Shown piece after piece: positions 1 through 14,164 of a DNA stretch of 64,000 nucleotides. Source of the stretch: Folioceros fuciformis (taxonomy: Eukaryota); contig JBNGIO010006304.1 of the NCBI GenBank assembly GCA_049999805.1, positions 354,157 to 418,156 of the forward strand. Reading direction: 5' to 3'. Each line of letters opens with the position of its first letter. Positions within the stretch are counted from its first letter, which is position 1. The notes under the pieces are model-generated. The model had not been told where the DNA came from and searched no databases. It worked only from the letters and a program-made list of their open reading frames with translations. Made by a program: the position numbers and the translations under genes.

Positions 1-1019
1 GAACTACGTAGCCATGGAGCGAGGCAGGCATTAGGTGATTGCGGATGTGGAACTTGGTCTGTGAAGAAATGGGGGCTAAAGGTAAACTGTTAGGATAGCG
101 GCAAGTATGTCAGATTGTGTGTGAAACACTATGTGCATAGATAAAGGCCAGAAGCTTGAACCCAAAATCTGTGTGTGCTTCCGCTTAGCAGCACTAGGGG
201 CAGTACAGCAGGTAGCCCGACATTGTGAGACAACAAGCAGAAAATGTGGGCACCTGCAATTCCAGCATATGAAGGCTGCGTGTATGCAACTTCATCCTTA
301 TACGAGGATTGCCTTATGCACCCCTCTGCGTTTGGGCTCACCAGGGCGGACGACAATGTAGCCGCACTCCAGTGCATCATCAATTGTCCAAGAAATGATA
401 TCAGCAACAAGGCCCACGCAAGGAGGGCAGGGGTGAACAAGCCAACACTCTAGAGGTGTTTGTGAAGCGCACGGGAGCCCTTTGAACGCATTGGAGGTGT
501 TTGGGAAGCGCAGGAGAGCCCTTTGAATGTAGAGTGTGTTCCCTTTTTCTCTGTGTGAAAAAACACCTTGAAGTTGTTCACAATTGATCTTGGAGGCCAC
601 ACAAGGCGCGGATGATAAAGGACCTTGGCTTCAAGAGGAAGTACCATAACTGCCATGATCTGTGGAGACTTTGTGACAAAGCTTTAACAGGCAGCAACCA
701 TGACAACACTGATGGAATACTTGGATGTTGGCCGGCAAATCATGAACTAGCAACACAACTTTTAATCCACCCCCAAAGTATTGCCCTATTCCACGGATGG
801 AAGTATGCAGAGTGCTAGGGCACAAGATCTAGTGCGGATGTATGTACGAATGCACCGCAAGCAAAGTTGATGCGTCGCACATCGACCATGTTGACCGCTA
901 CCTCACCAACAAATTGAGAGGATCCTGATCCTACCACCGAGAGTGTCAATCCTTGAGCGCATGAACTTGCATGAGCTTATAGCTGCAGATGCCTGGCGTA
1001 TGGGGGAAGGCGTGTGTGT

Positions 1020-1708
1020 GCGTTGGAAGGTAGAAGGCATGCGAAACCCTAAACCCCGAGCATGAAAGGCAGAGAATGGGTGGCGAGAGATTTAGCTAGG
1101 GTGGTGGCAAGTTTTTTTTGTCGATCCAAGGAAACGTCTTTCAAGTGGCCTCCACACAAGTTTTTTCACATGCATCTGTTAATTGTCCGGTTTGGTTTTG
1201 GCCCTCAAACTCATGTATGCGCTAAAGGGGACGTATAACTCGTGTGTTTATAAAAGAAACCTAGAGAGAGGGGGCATGTCCCCTTTGGTATGCTATACGG
1301 AGGTGGAGGGCATTGGTATGGCATGGGGTTTGAAGGGGGGGCTGAGGGCAGGAAATAGAATGAGCGTCTAGCGATAGATGCCGGGCAGATGGAAGAAGTT
1401 TTTCGTCCTTCCATAGTGGTTGGGCGGGTGCGTTGGGAGGTGGAAGGGATGTGAAATCCTAAACCTCGAGCAGGAAAAGCAGAGAATGGGCGGCAAAAGA
1501 TTTGGTTGGAAGGTGGTGGCATGTTTCCGTCCATCGTGGACGGAAACGTCTTTCAAGTGGCCTACACACACGTTTTTTCACATGCATGTGCCAATTGTCT
1601 TTCGGTTTTGGCCCTAAAACTTGCATACGCGCCAAAGGGGATGCATAAACTGTGTGTTTGTACTAAAACCTTGGGAGAGGGGGAGTGTCCCCTTTGGCAT
1701 GCCATACT
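1020..1708. repeat. Two direct copies of a MITE-family end segment (approx. 1020-1298 and 1430-1708)
   Basis: Both copies share AAACGTCTTTCAAGTGGCCT, TTTTTTCACATGCAT and GTCCCCTTTGG(T/C)ATGC(T/C)ATAC. The reverse complement of the same end occurs at 47668-47782. Confidence 0.75.
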
Positions 1709-1904
1709 CCATAGCTTTAGGAAAGCACGATTTCAGTCTTACGCAATTGAAATAAATTCGACACTCGATTTGAGATTACATTCCTATGGAATACCGATAC
1801 GATCAAGCTGGCTTTCACTTTGCGCGGTGGTATAATGTTTGGACTTTATACCACATCTACCTCCTTCGGTTGTAGGGTCCCATCTTGGGGTCCCAATCAG
1901 GACA

Positions 1905-2006
1905 CCTACTTATTGATAATATCTAGGACCGAACGAGGATGACACACCTGTGCGTACCTACTTATTGATAATATCTGGGACGGAACGAGGATGACACACC
2001 TGTGCG
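1905..2006. repeat. ~51-bp tandem duplication
   Basis: CCTACTTATTGATAATATCT..GAACGAGGATGACACACCTGTGCGT occurs twice head to tail. Confidence 0.85.
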
Positions 2007-2451
2007 TCCACGGCGGTGTCAATCGCAGCATCTCTGAAACACTACCAAATTCTAACCTCTACGAACTCCCGACATGTTTCATCCTGAATTTTTATGATGA
2101 AGGTGCATGAACCCAAATAAAAAACATAATACGTGTCCGAATCGGTCTATATGCCCGGTTACAGTCCGGATCGGTCCACAGGCCCCGTTACAGTGATGAG
2201 GAAAAAGAAAAAAGTACGAGAAAAAAATACGTCTACGGTGTATAGGTAGGTCTCGTGACGTGGCTATATTCAGTTCGGGAATCTGCGGTAGATTTTACCG
2301 TATATTCTCATATAACTACATATAAAAAAACCATCACTGTTTAGGGCGTGTCCGAATCAGTATTCCATACATTCCATCTTGTCTCTCGAATGGAACTAGC
2401 AGTGCTCCCGAGTTATAAGCGTCTCAGGCTTGTCTCAGTTGTAGGCATCTT

Positions 2452-3420
2452 GTCTTACCATCCTTGCAACTTGCATTCTCCACTGGGTGCTTGGCCAGGG
2501 CCAGGGCAGTGGCCTTCGCCAAAAGANNNNNNNNNNACAGCCCCTTGCATGGCGGTAAACGGGACAGTGGTGCCTGGAACCACGGCGGCCGCAGCGGGAG
2601 CGGGAGCAGGAGCGGACTTGACAGCAGCAGCAGGAACAGGCGCAGCCGGAGCCGCAGCCGGGGTAACCAGAGCAGCAACCGGAGACGTGTCGGCGGACGG
2701 CGTCCTCCCTGCCGCAATCTCCACATCCGACGCCACAATTCTTCCCAACGGGCCGGAGCCGGCCACTGTCGCCAAATCCACCTTGAACTGCTTTGCAAGC
2801 TTTTTAGCATACGGCGTGGCAACAATTCTCTTCCCGCCCTCGGACGCGGGGTGCGTGGACACCACAACGGGCGCGGCAGGCGCAGAAGCAGACGCGGCAG
2901 GGGGAGGCGGGGGCGGCGGAGCCACAGCTTCCTCCTTCACAGCGGGAGCGGGAGCCTGAGCAACAGCAGCAGGGGCAGAGGATTTAGCACCCTTGGCTTT
3001 AGCCTCTGCAATCTCCTCCTCACTCTCGGCCAGCAATCCTATGGCCGTGCCGACGGCGGCCACCTCGCCCTCCCCAACCACAATGGCAGCCAGGTAGCCG
3101 TCGTAGAACGTCTCCACGTCCATGTCCGCCTTGTCGGACTCCACTACCACCACGCTCTCACCCTTGCTCAGTTTCTCGCCTTCCGACTTCACCCAGGACA
3201 CGATCTTGCCCTCCGTCATGGTGCTGCTCAGTGCGGGCATGAAAATCTCGCGGATCTTGGACTCCACCACCAGTGCCGAGCTCCTGCGGCCGGCCCTCCG
3301 GACAGGCACCACGACTGCATGCCCGGGGCGGAGGCCGAAGAAGGGACACTGCGCGGAGGCGCTGGCCGCGCCGGCATTGCTGCCTCCAAGGGCCTGCATG
3401 CAGCCGAGCGAGGCCGCCAT
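2452..3420 (-). CDS. LTA2: Plastid pyruvate dehydrogenase E2 (dihydrolipoyllysine acetyltransferase), 3'-truncated or partial; possibly a pseudogene
   Basis: Transit peptide, lipoyl domain (EIFMPALSSTMTEGKIVSW...ESDKADMDVE) and E3-binding domain (ATPYAKKLAK...GSGPLGRI). After the N gap the catalytic domain begins (LLAKATALALAKHPVENASCKDGK) and homology then stops. Confidence 0.85.
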
Positions 3421-3959
3421 GGCGAGCTGTGCAAGAGAGCACGCGGGCGAGCTGCGAGGCAGTCGTGGCAGTCGAGCACGCGAGGGAGCTGGTTGGCAGG
3501 AGGCGCGCACCAGCCCCTCACATAAATGCTGCTTCTACTCTGCTACCTCCGCCTACTCGATCGGGTCGGGCTGGTCAGTGAGCTTTCCTGTCAATAAGGA
3601 GAACAGGCCTTTGGGCCAGCCGTCACGGGCATCGTTATTTCACCCCTTGCATTTTCCGATTCGGATCACGACCAATGTCTGACGCCTGGCGCTCTCCTTC
3701 TTGTCACGCTGCACCTCGGATGGGCCAGTCAACGGAACGGTGGCTACACTTACCAGTTGCGTTACCGTGTTCATTATCCCCATCGTGTTGTTCTCCAAAC
3801 AAAACTATCTATGGAACACTAAATTTGGTCTTCCGGGTACACGATCATATATTACAAATTAAACAGGTATCTCGTCTGCCACAACAAATTATTATTTTTC
3901 ACACCAACTTCATTATATCACACGACATCAGATGAGCTTCAATTCCGCATAGATATCGA

Positions 3960-6010
3960 TCAATACTGTCCGGTGTTCCACAACCAGCCCACTGTCTTCT
4001 CCGCTTCCATGGAGCCATGATCTCTAGCTATTTTGAACCTGCGACGTGGGGCTTCAGATCAGATTCATACACAGCTGCATCTGTACAAAACACAAAAGCT
4101 AACTTGGATCACACGCATTTAACTTCCATTGGTGCTTGAGACTAACTCACCATTTCACAGCTTCAGAGTTGTCGGCTCCATCCAAGCCTTCTCCGTCCAA
4201 GTACATGTAGCCCAGCATCATCTGCACGACTCAACGGTAATGACCAGAGATACGAGTCAATGACCCGACGATGTTAATGAAAGCTTACACTGAAGAAAAA
4301 GGGGATAACCTACCGCAGCCGCCCCACATATCGAGGCATTAGGCTCATCCTCATGCTTGGCAGCCTTCTGCAACCACTTCAGCGCTTCTTGACAGTCACG
4401 CTGCCAGAAATATGACCCACGGTAGTAGCTCTCACCCAACTTGTACTGGCTTGCCTGCGCGAGAAGGAAACTCACTTAGACGTGAGTTACCGTCCCACAA
4501 CATACGAGGAAATGTTGTCCCTACGAGACAAAAGGAGGGACAACATTTTTGCTACCATGTTCAAGGATTGAAACTTCACACAAGTACCTGGTGGCCCTTT
4601 CTAGCCGCCTGCCTGTACCAGGTGAGGGACTTTCCCTTCTCTCCACGTATCTCCAGCTCTTGCGCAACAAGGACTATGGCATCCAGATTTCCTGCGTCAG
4701 CAGCACACTGGAGAACAAAGGGGATTCGTTGCTCTGTCTTGGATAAGCTGGCGTGGGCACGAGGTGGAGCTTTCATGTGACTTGCCAAAGACCGATACCG
4801 GATTCGAAGTGAACGAAGAGCGATCTGCACAGCAGCGGCAGACGCTTGGCAGCTTAAGACTAGACCATGGCTTGGCTAAGGCTGTCATGCCTCGTCAATA
4901 AGAGTCTCATAACCGTGACAATCCATCCAGAAACTGATGATACCTGATCCTCACCAATGAGGAGCTTCCAATGACGACAAACCGCAGCACATGAGCTCAG
5001 ATCTGTGAAGGATAAAAAAGCAAAAATATTCTGCAGTAATCCTGCTGGAAGGCAGTCCATGCCGATAAAACCAAACTCCTCCTCCATAAACTCAGGACCT
5101 ACGGCATTTCCTGTGACTTCCAGCTTTAGCCTCTTTGAATCCGTAAACTCCGCAGATTCTGGAAGGGACACCGGCACCGCATCTGTTGCCAGAGTTTCGT
5201 GCAACTGCAAGTTCTCCAGCACATGCTCTTGAATGGCGTGTTCTGGACAACATCCAGCCTCATGCAATCCTTGCACTCTGCAAGATTTAAGTACGTTCTC
5301 AGCCTCCTGTAGCTTGGGCTCAATCACACAGTTCCCAGCATCCTCCACTGTTAGGAAGTTATTCGCTACATCAGCAACCGGGGCAGCATTCGATTCCCGC
5401 AGCTTCCTTTGGAAGTTCAACACAGTCCTGGGACTGATCTTGAAGCCACCCCTGCCTACGAGCCTCGGGCCGGTATGCTTTCTCCCGTGCTGGTTCTCAG
5501 GTTTACCGTTCTCACATTTTTTTACACTAAGCACCTTGTGCTGATGCTTTGGACGAACAACACAACAAAACCCCACGCAAGTGGCCTTACTCCCTTGATC
5601 TATATGAGAAGCCCTACCCGTCCCTGCAGCGGCCATATTGGAGGTTACAAGGTGCCTCACAACGTCTTTCTAACAGAAGATGAAGATAAACACCCACACA
5701 ATACCAGAAAAATGCCTCACCGTGTCTAACACGCGCACCACCCGAAGCCACAGGCCATCGTTTTCTCTCTGCACTCACTTCCTCCAGACATGCCCCGTGC
5801 TTAAAAGTGTCAATGCGGAAGCTAACCTTCCCAACCGGGGACCGAACCGTGACATCCCGGGATTCACACGCAGAATCGCTCAACAAAACCTTGCACACCG
5901 CACTCCCACACCCCGAGGCTTTTGACCGCTTCAAAGCATAGTCGGACACGACGAGCGCGTCACCCCGCACATCCGGAACCCCAGCCATCTCTGCTGCTCT
6001 TTCATTCACC
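3960..6010 (-). CDS. F-box protein with C-terminal Sel1-like repeats (multi-exon, 5' end uncertain)
   Basis: F-box motif LPAGLLQNIFAFLSFTDLSSCAAVCRHWK. Sel1-like exons read QYKLGESYYRG...EALKWLQKAA and MLGYMYLDGEG...EAVKW|FKIARDHG...GQY*, with the stop at 3960. GT-AG junctions are phase-consistent. Confidence 0.7.
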
Positions 6011-8136
6011 TGCAGGAGCGCGAGCCGATTTCAATCTCCGTGCTGCGCTGCACAGATCTGTTGTCTGCGCCGGATTCCAACTTCCCACTCGAAATTACAG
6101 CGCAAAAACGGACTCACATGCAGCTGGAGATGCGCCATCCAAAAAAGCGTGGACGAGGAGCCCCCGATTTGGCGAAACGCCATGCTGAAAAGCGGCGCTC
6201 CAGGACTGCCTTCGATCATGTCCAGTACCCATGCTCCCATGGCTTGCGTCAACCACGCCTGTCCATGCTCCGCAGCGCAGCCCCATTCCACCTGCTGCGG
6301 CACCTGCAGCTTCAGGAGGGGCTGGTGCGGTGCCGCAGGTATGAGAGTGGCCCGCATGGAGGGCAAGGGCGCAGAATCATAGCCACCGCTGTGACTGGTG
6401 CCCTCCCGTAGGCTCAATTCCACACACAGTCGCACCCCATGGGCAGAAGACGTTCACAGAAGACGGCAAACACGATCCAGCCGGCTCCTGCTGTGAGCCA
6501 GAATGCGTCGGATGCCACAACCCTCGTTCACACAGCACACCGGTCTCGTCGGCCGGGCTCCATCGCGTCATCCAGACTAGTGTGATTAACGATCAAAGAA
6601 CATATATTTGACCTGTAAACATTTATTCATTCCCCTCCCAAGTAGGGACCAGATACGTAACGAATCGTTCCACGACAAGGATGCGCATATAAAGTCAAAA
6701 ACTACGTTAAAGTGTTCGAGGGCAGAGTCTCAAAATTGCCCCGGCGAACCAAAATCGTTCGAGCTATCAGTTTAATATCCGCAGTTTGCACAAAGACATG
6801 CCTAGAGACAATTCCAACGCGGCTACAGCAACTGAACCTGATGACCTGAAGGATCAACAACTACGGCCGATGGCCAACCGGTAGGACACCGGAGGCTCTG
6901 AAGCGTGGATTTGGATGACACGCACCTCGGACCTGCGTGTCATTGAGGAAAAACACTTCGGATGCGCAGGGCAAAGGGCAACAACCATCTGCTAGCTTCC
7001 AAGGGAGGTTGAGGAGAAGGGCCTTACACTAGGAGGAAGCCACGCTTGCCAACCTCATGCTCAACGGCCGCCAACTAGGTTCGACAGGATGGACTGGATG
7101 ACTTCGCTTCTACCGTAACCGCAGAATCAACGAGATCGATAGGGCAAATAATCCGCATGCGCAAACCAGTGGTGGAATAACAGTCTCTTCCTGCCCCAAA
7201 GCCACCATCTAGGTCCGCCTACAACCTTTCTGGTTCGCAACATTCCTGCCAGAGTCCCAGGAGGGAGGGTCAGTGAGGGTGCGACCTTCCTCATGACTGA
7301 AGCTCCAGCATTAAACAACTTAATGAAAGACAATCAAAACCGTAGCTGAGAATCTATGCTAGCAATACTGCCACCTGCCGCATAAGGAAAACTAGAACGT
7401 CATGGAGACTTGACCCAGGATGAACTGACAATCCTTGGCAGGGTGGTTGACAATGATCCACTATGATGCTACGTCACATGCAGTTCCCAATTAGAACTCA
7501 CGCATCAGCTCTACCGCTTTTATGAAGAACGGACAAACCCAGGATATAATAGCAGTCCAAGTCGAAGAGGTCAGAACTCACTGGTCTCTTAGCTGCCCAA
7601 CCCCCCATGGATAGAGACAAAAACCTTTGATCGCAATCACTCTTCCCAAGACGCAGTCTCCCCAGGCAACCCAAGAAGAACGATACTGCACACTTTCTTG
7701 CAAAGCACATTCAAAAACACTACGAAGAGGAGAAAAGGAAGCAGACATCGACAGAGTGATAAGGTTTTATACCTCGTACAACAACAGGCGACATGTGCAA
7801 ATTGTGACAAAGAGGCAAGCTTTTTATATCCATCAAAGGGACAGAGAGAACATTGGCTAGGCTTCAAGAACCCCAATCACATCAAATCTGCTGAAGGGGC
7901 TCTAGCATTTGCTGCTGGAGACCCCACATTGTGCACATGCTGTTTCTGCATGAATTAAGTGCAGAATGAATAGCACAAACGGACAAACAAAGCTGAATGA
8001 ATTTCACCGCTGTACTTTCCAGCCTTGTAAAGAGTCATAAGCGACAGATGCAAGCGCCAGAAGCTCCCCGACAGTGGCTCTAATGGCCAAACCTCCTGCA
8101 TGTTATAGTACTCCAATGCGCTGCCAAAAGGGGGGC

Positions 8137-11100
8137 TCAATCTGTACCTTTCTTGACTGTCAATGATTCGCAGCCTGGAGGGGTCTCCAGCTTTGGCCAA
8201 TACTTTAACTGTGCTTGTATAGCTTGACAGACTGCCTTCTTCCCTTCTTCACTCGGATTTAAATTATACAGAATGGGCGTAGGGCAATCACCAAGCAAGA
8301 CCTGCCAAAGGTACAAACTGAGCACAACACCAAGAGTACGTTATGTGCTTTCAGATCAACCATCACAGCAGCACATACCTTCACAACAGCCACTGCTGAG
8401 TCGGATAATGAAACCAGGTTGTACCTGCCATAGATTCACAGGTGTAAACGAGATGAGACAGTGAGAGGGAGGAAGCTCTCAAGCAACACCGGCCCACCTC
8501 CAGAAAGTGAAGCAAGGCCTGAGTTACATAATGACTCACCCTCCTTCTAAAACCAAAAGGATTTTTCCACCAGCAAGAGAGCTCAACAGCTGAGTCATAC
8601 GACCAAAACCGGTAGGCGATACCTGCCCCAGGAACAAAGATATCCCATACGCAAATTACTTGGGGCAGAGGAAACACATGGGCAACCTCAGCCTTAACAA
8701 ACGCCAGACAGACACCAGCTCCATTTATCAGGCTCTATTCAACAAAAAGACAGGAAGGAGTGATACCTTGCATTCTCCCAAAGGATCCCCATCGGCAGCA
8801 TCAAAGCCAGCGGAAACAACCGTTATGTCTGGGGCGAACTCCTGGGCTGCAGGAGCACACAGCTGTGAGGATTCGAAAACGATTGGAAAATCCAAAAAAC
8901 ACAAAACTTCCAAGATTTTTGTGCGGTACCTATTGGCATAACAATATGCTGGAAAGCAAACATGTAGTCATCATCTTCGACACGGTCGTGAGGCCACATA
9001 ATGTTCACTGAAAAGCCAGCACCAGGACCCTTCCCTACCTGCTTCATGGCATCAAGCAAACAGCCAATAATGAACAAAAACTTCTATTAAAAAATAAGAA
9101 CTTATTGAGCATTAAGAGTAGTACATAATTTACCCTAGCTGCAGATCCAGTTTGAGGAAAAATATCCCTGTGCAGCGAGATGAAGAGAACCTACAAGTAC
9201 AGAAAACATACAGTTGGCAAGGCCCAGAATCGATGGGGCACTTAGGCAGTTACATCAAAACACTCACCGTTGGGTCAGAACTAAAGATCGCTTGCGTCCC
9301 ATTCCCATGATGAACATCCTGTGAAGTCCAATCCGCTTACATTAGACGAAAACTCTTCTCATCAGAACAGGCACTGACACCGGGAAGACATAAGAGGAAA
9401 GGGTCCGTTAGATGAGAGCTGCTCACCCAATCAAGAATCAAAACCTTCTTTGCACCTGCTTTTTGTGCCGCCCTTGTTGCCACAGCAGCATTATTGTGAA
9501 AACAGAAACCTTGGGCTCTTTTGGCTGAAGCATGATGTCCAGGAGGTCTCACCTGACAACAGAATTGGCCGAGGCGACCGTAAGCTAAACTAAAGATCTA
9601 CCAGGTTGTCCTCAACCAACAAAATCTGCCAGGTCCAACTTACAAAGGCAAAACCATTCTGATAACGTCCATTCATAATATCCGTAGCCATGGCTGCGCA
9701 CGTGCCCGCAGCCAACCTTGCTGCCAGTGGCGTGTGCTCAGTAGCATAGGTGCCGTCATAAAATCTTGCTCTGGTGATGAAACACTCCAATCATCAATGT
9801 ACTGTGATATTAGAGGGCATGCTCCTGAGAAGACAAGTATTCAGGTGAATAGCAACAACAGTTGGGTTTACCTCTTAACGTTTTCCGGGCACACGAATGA
9901 CCGAACCAAGTCGACGGAACTTTCCGTATGCACCTGCGTAGTACACGAAACTGAGATAAACACGACCTAGCAATCTAGTCCGTTAACATAAGGGGGAAAG
10001 AGAAAATAAGATACAGAGCAGCTGAAGGCCGTACAAACTAAAGTTCACAGACCACATACCATCATAAGCTCATCACGAGTGGCCTCCCGAGAAGGAACAA
10101 GTATACAACGTTCCAGCAGACCTGAAGCAAACAAAGATGTCTGAATAACTCAGAGGGCACAAAGAGCATCTTGAAATAAGAAGAGGTACTGGATGCACAC
10201 CTTCAACTGCCAATGTATCCATGATCCAACGAACGCGATCAGGCCTCTCAGGGTGCAAGCGTCCCCCATTCTGCTGCTGGAGGGAAATGCTGCTACGTTA
10301 GCACACGAGATGGCGATAGTTTCCGTCCCTGCTGCCAATGAATTGCGCTTCAAGCAGTCGTAAAAGAGAAGGAGAGACCACTTACGGGCTTCGCATGCTT
10401 TAACATGCGTCTATCATAAGCAATTGCAGTTCGACTCCCAACGGGAGCATGACCTGATGACACTCGCCCAAACAAGGTAGCTGGTGAGTTTCCGCCAAAC
10501 CAGTAGGCCTTCTCGACAAGTGGCACAATCTTGTCGTCGTCACACAGGCACACACGCAGGCAGGGCAGGGCAGCAACGCCACCTTACACATCATGAAGAC
10601 AAACGGGGAAAACACTACCTCCGGCACGGAGACGTTGGCATTCAATTTCTGCTCCCACACCAGCTTCCGCTGCTACGCCATGGGGTGCCTTATTTACCCC
10701 TCTCTTGCTGAAGAAGTTGAAGTCCCATGGCTCGTTGCAATCCTGAAATTAATGTTACACGCAAAAAGCCAGGGAGCAATGACATGAGAAACAACAACCA
10801 GGAAACCAATGCCCGTACTGCGGCATCGCATTACTGAAGAAAAATTCCAGCGCAGCACGTACCGCACAAACTTTGGAATCCTTGGACTTGCTCTCCAGAT
10901 AGGTGCAATTGGTGCACACGCGATTGCGAGAGATGGAAATATTGCCGATTCCCGCTCCGGCAGTCTCCAGACTGTCCAGATGATGCAACAGACCAGTCCA
11001 ATCACTCTCCGTGTGGTCGTCATCGTAGTCGCTGAGGCTATCGCTGGCACCTGCATTGACATCGACACCGACAGCGTCAGCATCAGCGTCGGCAAGTTCA

Positions 11101-11291
11101 TTCCCACTGGAGCTCGAGTTGACACCAGTAGCTAGAGGCGAAACAATATGGATATCCGTTTTACCCAGGGTTTGCTCCTCGGTATCTTCGGAGACTCTGC
11201 CCCTTTTCTCCGTGGGCTGCGACTGCTCTGCAGCCCGATCGTTCGGTAACGCCACCATGCCCAGCCCAGGCCGCGGAGCGGCAGGCGACAT
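8137..11291 (-). CDS. Class II (RPD3/HDA1 family) histone deacetylase, HDA15-like, multi-exon
   Basis: Exons encode [52 protein letters not shown] and LVLEGG|YNL. There is an N-terminal CxxC..CxxC finger, and the last exon ends at 8137. Confidence 0.85.
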
Positions 11292-12519
11292 CCGAGAAGG
11301 CTCGTCCGCTGTTCGCGGAGACACTGCCGAGGCCCACCTTCCTGTTCACACACTCAAGCCAATTTAGCTTTCCGATTACTGCAGGTCTACTATCTAACTC
11401 TCCCCACAACGGCATTCAAATCAACATCCTCCCTCCCTCCCTCCCTGTATCACTCAACTCACTCGTACACACTTAAACGCGCCTGACTGAAATCAAAGAT
11501 CACGGGAAAGTTTGAGTACAACTGTACAAGGTTACAGATCCAACTCACTAATATTCAAACTCTCTATCATATATATAATTCTTTGGTCACATCTTATTAG
11601 CTCTCATCTTATGGATGTATTTGAAATTAGCTTAATTTTAACCAGCAATCCTTCAAGCATTATCTATATCAAACATATATTCCTTCAATTTGCTATTCCT
11701 CTCTCATAGACTTGTTCAATAACATTGCCTTGCTGTAAAGTCCTACATGACCTCACATATAAATGAAACAACATGCTGACAGGTACACAATGGGCAAAAT
11801 CAAAGCAATATCTCACCTGTGATTGGATCTCTTAGTCTGTACCAAAACGGAAGCGAAGGCTTAATTTCACCTCCTTCGCTTGCAGGCTCATCGGTTCTTA
11901 AGACATGTCAATGAGAATAATTGTTAATAAGATGCAAAGACATGTACATACTTCAAAATACCAACTAGCAAAGTAATATAAGGGCTTCTTGTCAAAACTA
12001 GTAGGGTTTGACAACGCGAACCATATGAGTGAAGAAATAGCTTTAGATCAGATACCACAAAACAAAGATACTGTATGACAGGAATGACTTCAAATTATAC
12101 AAGATAAAACAAAGATCCGATATGACAAAACAAAGACACTTCGCATCAAACAAAGATAGGGTTTAGGGTAGAACACGTCGCACTCGTCAAGTCAAAGTAA
12201 AGGTATCATACACCTCAGTGTGAATAAAAATATCATGAGCGTCACATCATCATGACAAAGATGCTACACGACAAAACAAAAATGATGTTGACGGAACAAA
12301 AATCCTTCTAACGCGATAGATAGATATCAGTACGTCCAATCTGACAACTTTTGTGTCTCAAACGTATGATGAAAAGATTTGACCGTGCAACAAGAACTAG
12401 CTTCAACGTCACGAGAGGAACCCTACGAACCCTATAGCTATGCTGATTACCCTAATTGGATAATCGTGAAATTCACACAAGGGAAATAAGGGTGCCTAGA
12501 TTCCATCACACACGCGGAA

Positions 12520-13452
12520 CCATCGCTTTCCTCAACAAGGTTGCAAGAAGCCACTGTTCTCTAACAGAATAACCTTTTCCACCTCTGCAACTACCCTCAG
12601 GTATTGCGCATGGAAAACCATCACTCTCATGAACAAGCCTGCAAGAAACCATTCCATCCTAGCAACTACTCTGAGGTTTAGGGTTTAGCAAGTCATCTCT
12701 CTCCTAAACAAGGTTGCAAGAAACGATTCCACCCTAGCAACTACTCTTTTTTGCAGATGGGAAACTATTGCTCTCGTGAACAAGGTTGCAAGAAACCATA
12801 GCTCTCCGATACATACAGTAGCCTTATCACTCTCCTGAACAAGGTTGTCCATAAAGCATAGCTCTCTGATACATACAGTAACCTCATCCCTCTCCTAAAC
12901 AAGGGTGAAAGAAGCCATAGCTCTCCAATAGAGTACCCTTTTCCGACCTAGCAAGTACTCTCTCAAGTTTGCGAAAGACCATCGTTGTCTATCCTTTTTC
13001 AACTTGACAACACCACCTGAAAACTTGGCGACTACTCTGTCTCAGGTTTGCGAAAAACATCGGTTGTCTAGAACAAGGTGAACTACTCTTTTTCAACCTA
13101 ACAAGACCACCCTTTTCATGCTTAACAACCTACTATTCCATACTTGGCCAAGTCCCAAGCTTCATAGGTTACTCAAGAAGCCACTAACACATGACTGACA
13201 AACATACAAGTTTGGCAAAGTCCCAAGCTTCATAGGTTACTCAAGAAGCCACTGACACATGACTGACAAACATACAAGTTTGGCAACCGATACAAATCTT
13301 TCCAACTAGCAACTAGTAGGCATACAAGCGTACAAGTATGGAAACCCATAAGTTACTAAAGAAGCCACGGACACATGACTGACGAACATACAAGTTTGGT
13401 AACCAAGGCAAATCTTTCCGACTAGCAACTAGCAGGCGTGCAAGCGTACAGG
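12520..13452. repeat. Degenerate tandem repeat arrays, probably a transposon remnant
   Basis: The motif AACAAGGTTGCAAGAA(A/G)CCA recurs from 12535 to 12920. A second ~66-bp unit (AAGTCCCAAGCTTCATAGGTTACTCAAGAAGCCACT.ACACATGACTGACAAACATACAAGTTTGG) repeats from 13150 to 13400. Confidence 0.7.
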
Positions 13453-14164
13453 CTAGGAAACTGAGATAAGCCTTTCTGCCATAGCAGCAAAGTCAACCAA
13501 GGTGATGACGCAAGTGAGAAACACAGAGAGATGCCGCAAGTAGGTACGTATGTACCTCCATCTCTCGCGCTTCTCATTTGTCCGACCTGATAGAGCCCCA
13601 CGCTTCAAGTTTGTCCGACCCAAAATAGCCCCATCGACAGTACCTGACAGAGGCATCATGGGTTCTACCACGCAAAAGAGAGTACAGTACAACAACAACA
13701 ACAATACATGAAAAAGATGGCGCATCACAGTCTGAGCTCAGAGATCTTGCAATGCGATTGTGAAAGTAACGCCTTGCATAACGTTTAAGTACTACTTTGC
13801 ATAGAGAACCCTTGATTAGGGCAAAACCGATGAATCCTACGGCTTCTTAGGGTCTCATAGACAATCATCAACATAGTTAAGACAAATGCAATAATTCTAG
13901 AAGGTTACAAGAGTCATGACATTAAGCAAACTTAATTATTCTCTATGATTGAAAAAGAAATGGACAGTACCAAGCAAACTTTACTTATCCTTTTATCCTC
14001 TAAACAACCTTACATCTAAACACATGAGTATTCATCTTTGCTTACCCTTCGATCCGTTAAAGAACCTTGCATTTATATAGCTATTGATCTTCTTAAGCAT
14101 AGGAAAATAAAACAGGTTGAAGTGAAATCACAATGACCCATAGAAAAATAAAATAAAATAATAA

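Noticed and set aside
1-1000. Short ORFs at the window start
   Set aside because: No recognisable protein motifs in any frame. Possibly decayed TE interior, but unsupported.
2464-3525. 353-aa plus-strand ORF
   Set aside because: Antisense shadow of the GC-rich E2 exon with no recognisable motif.
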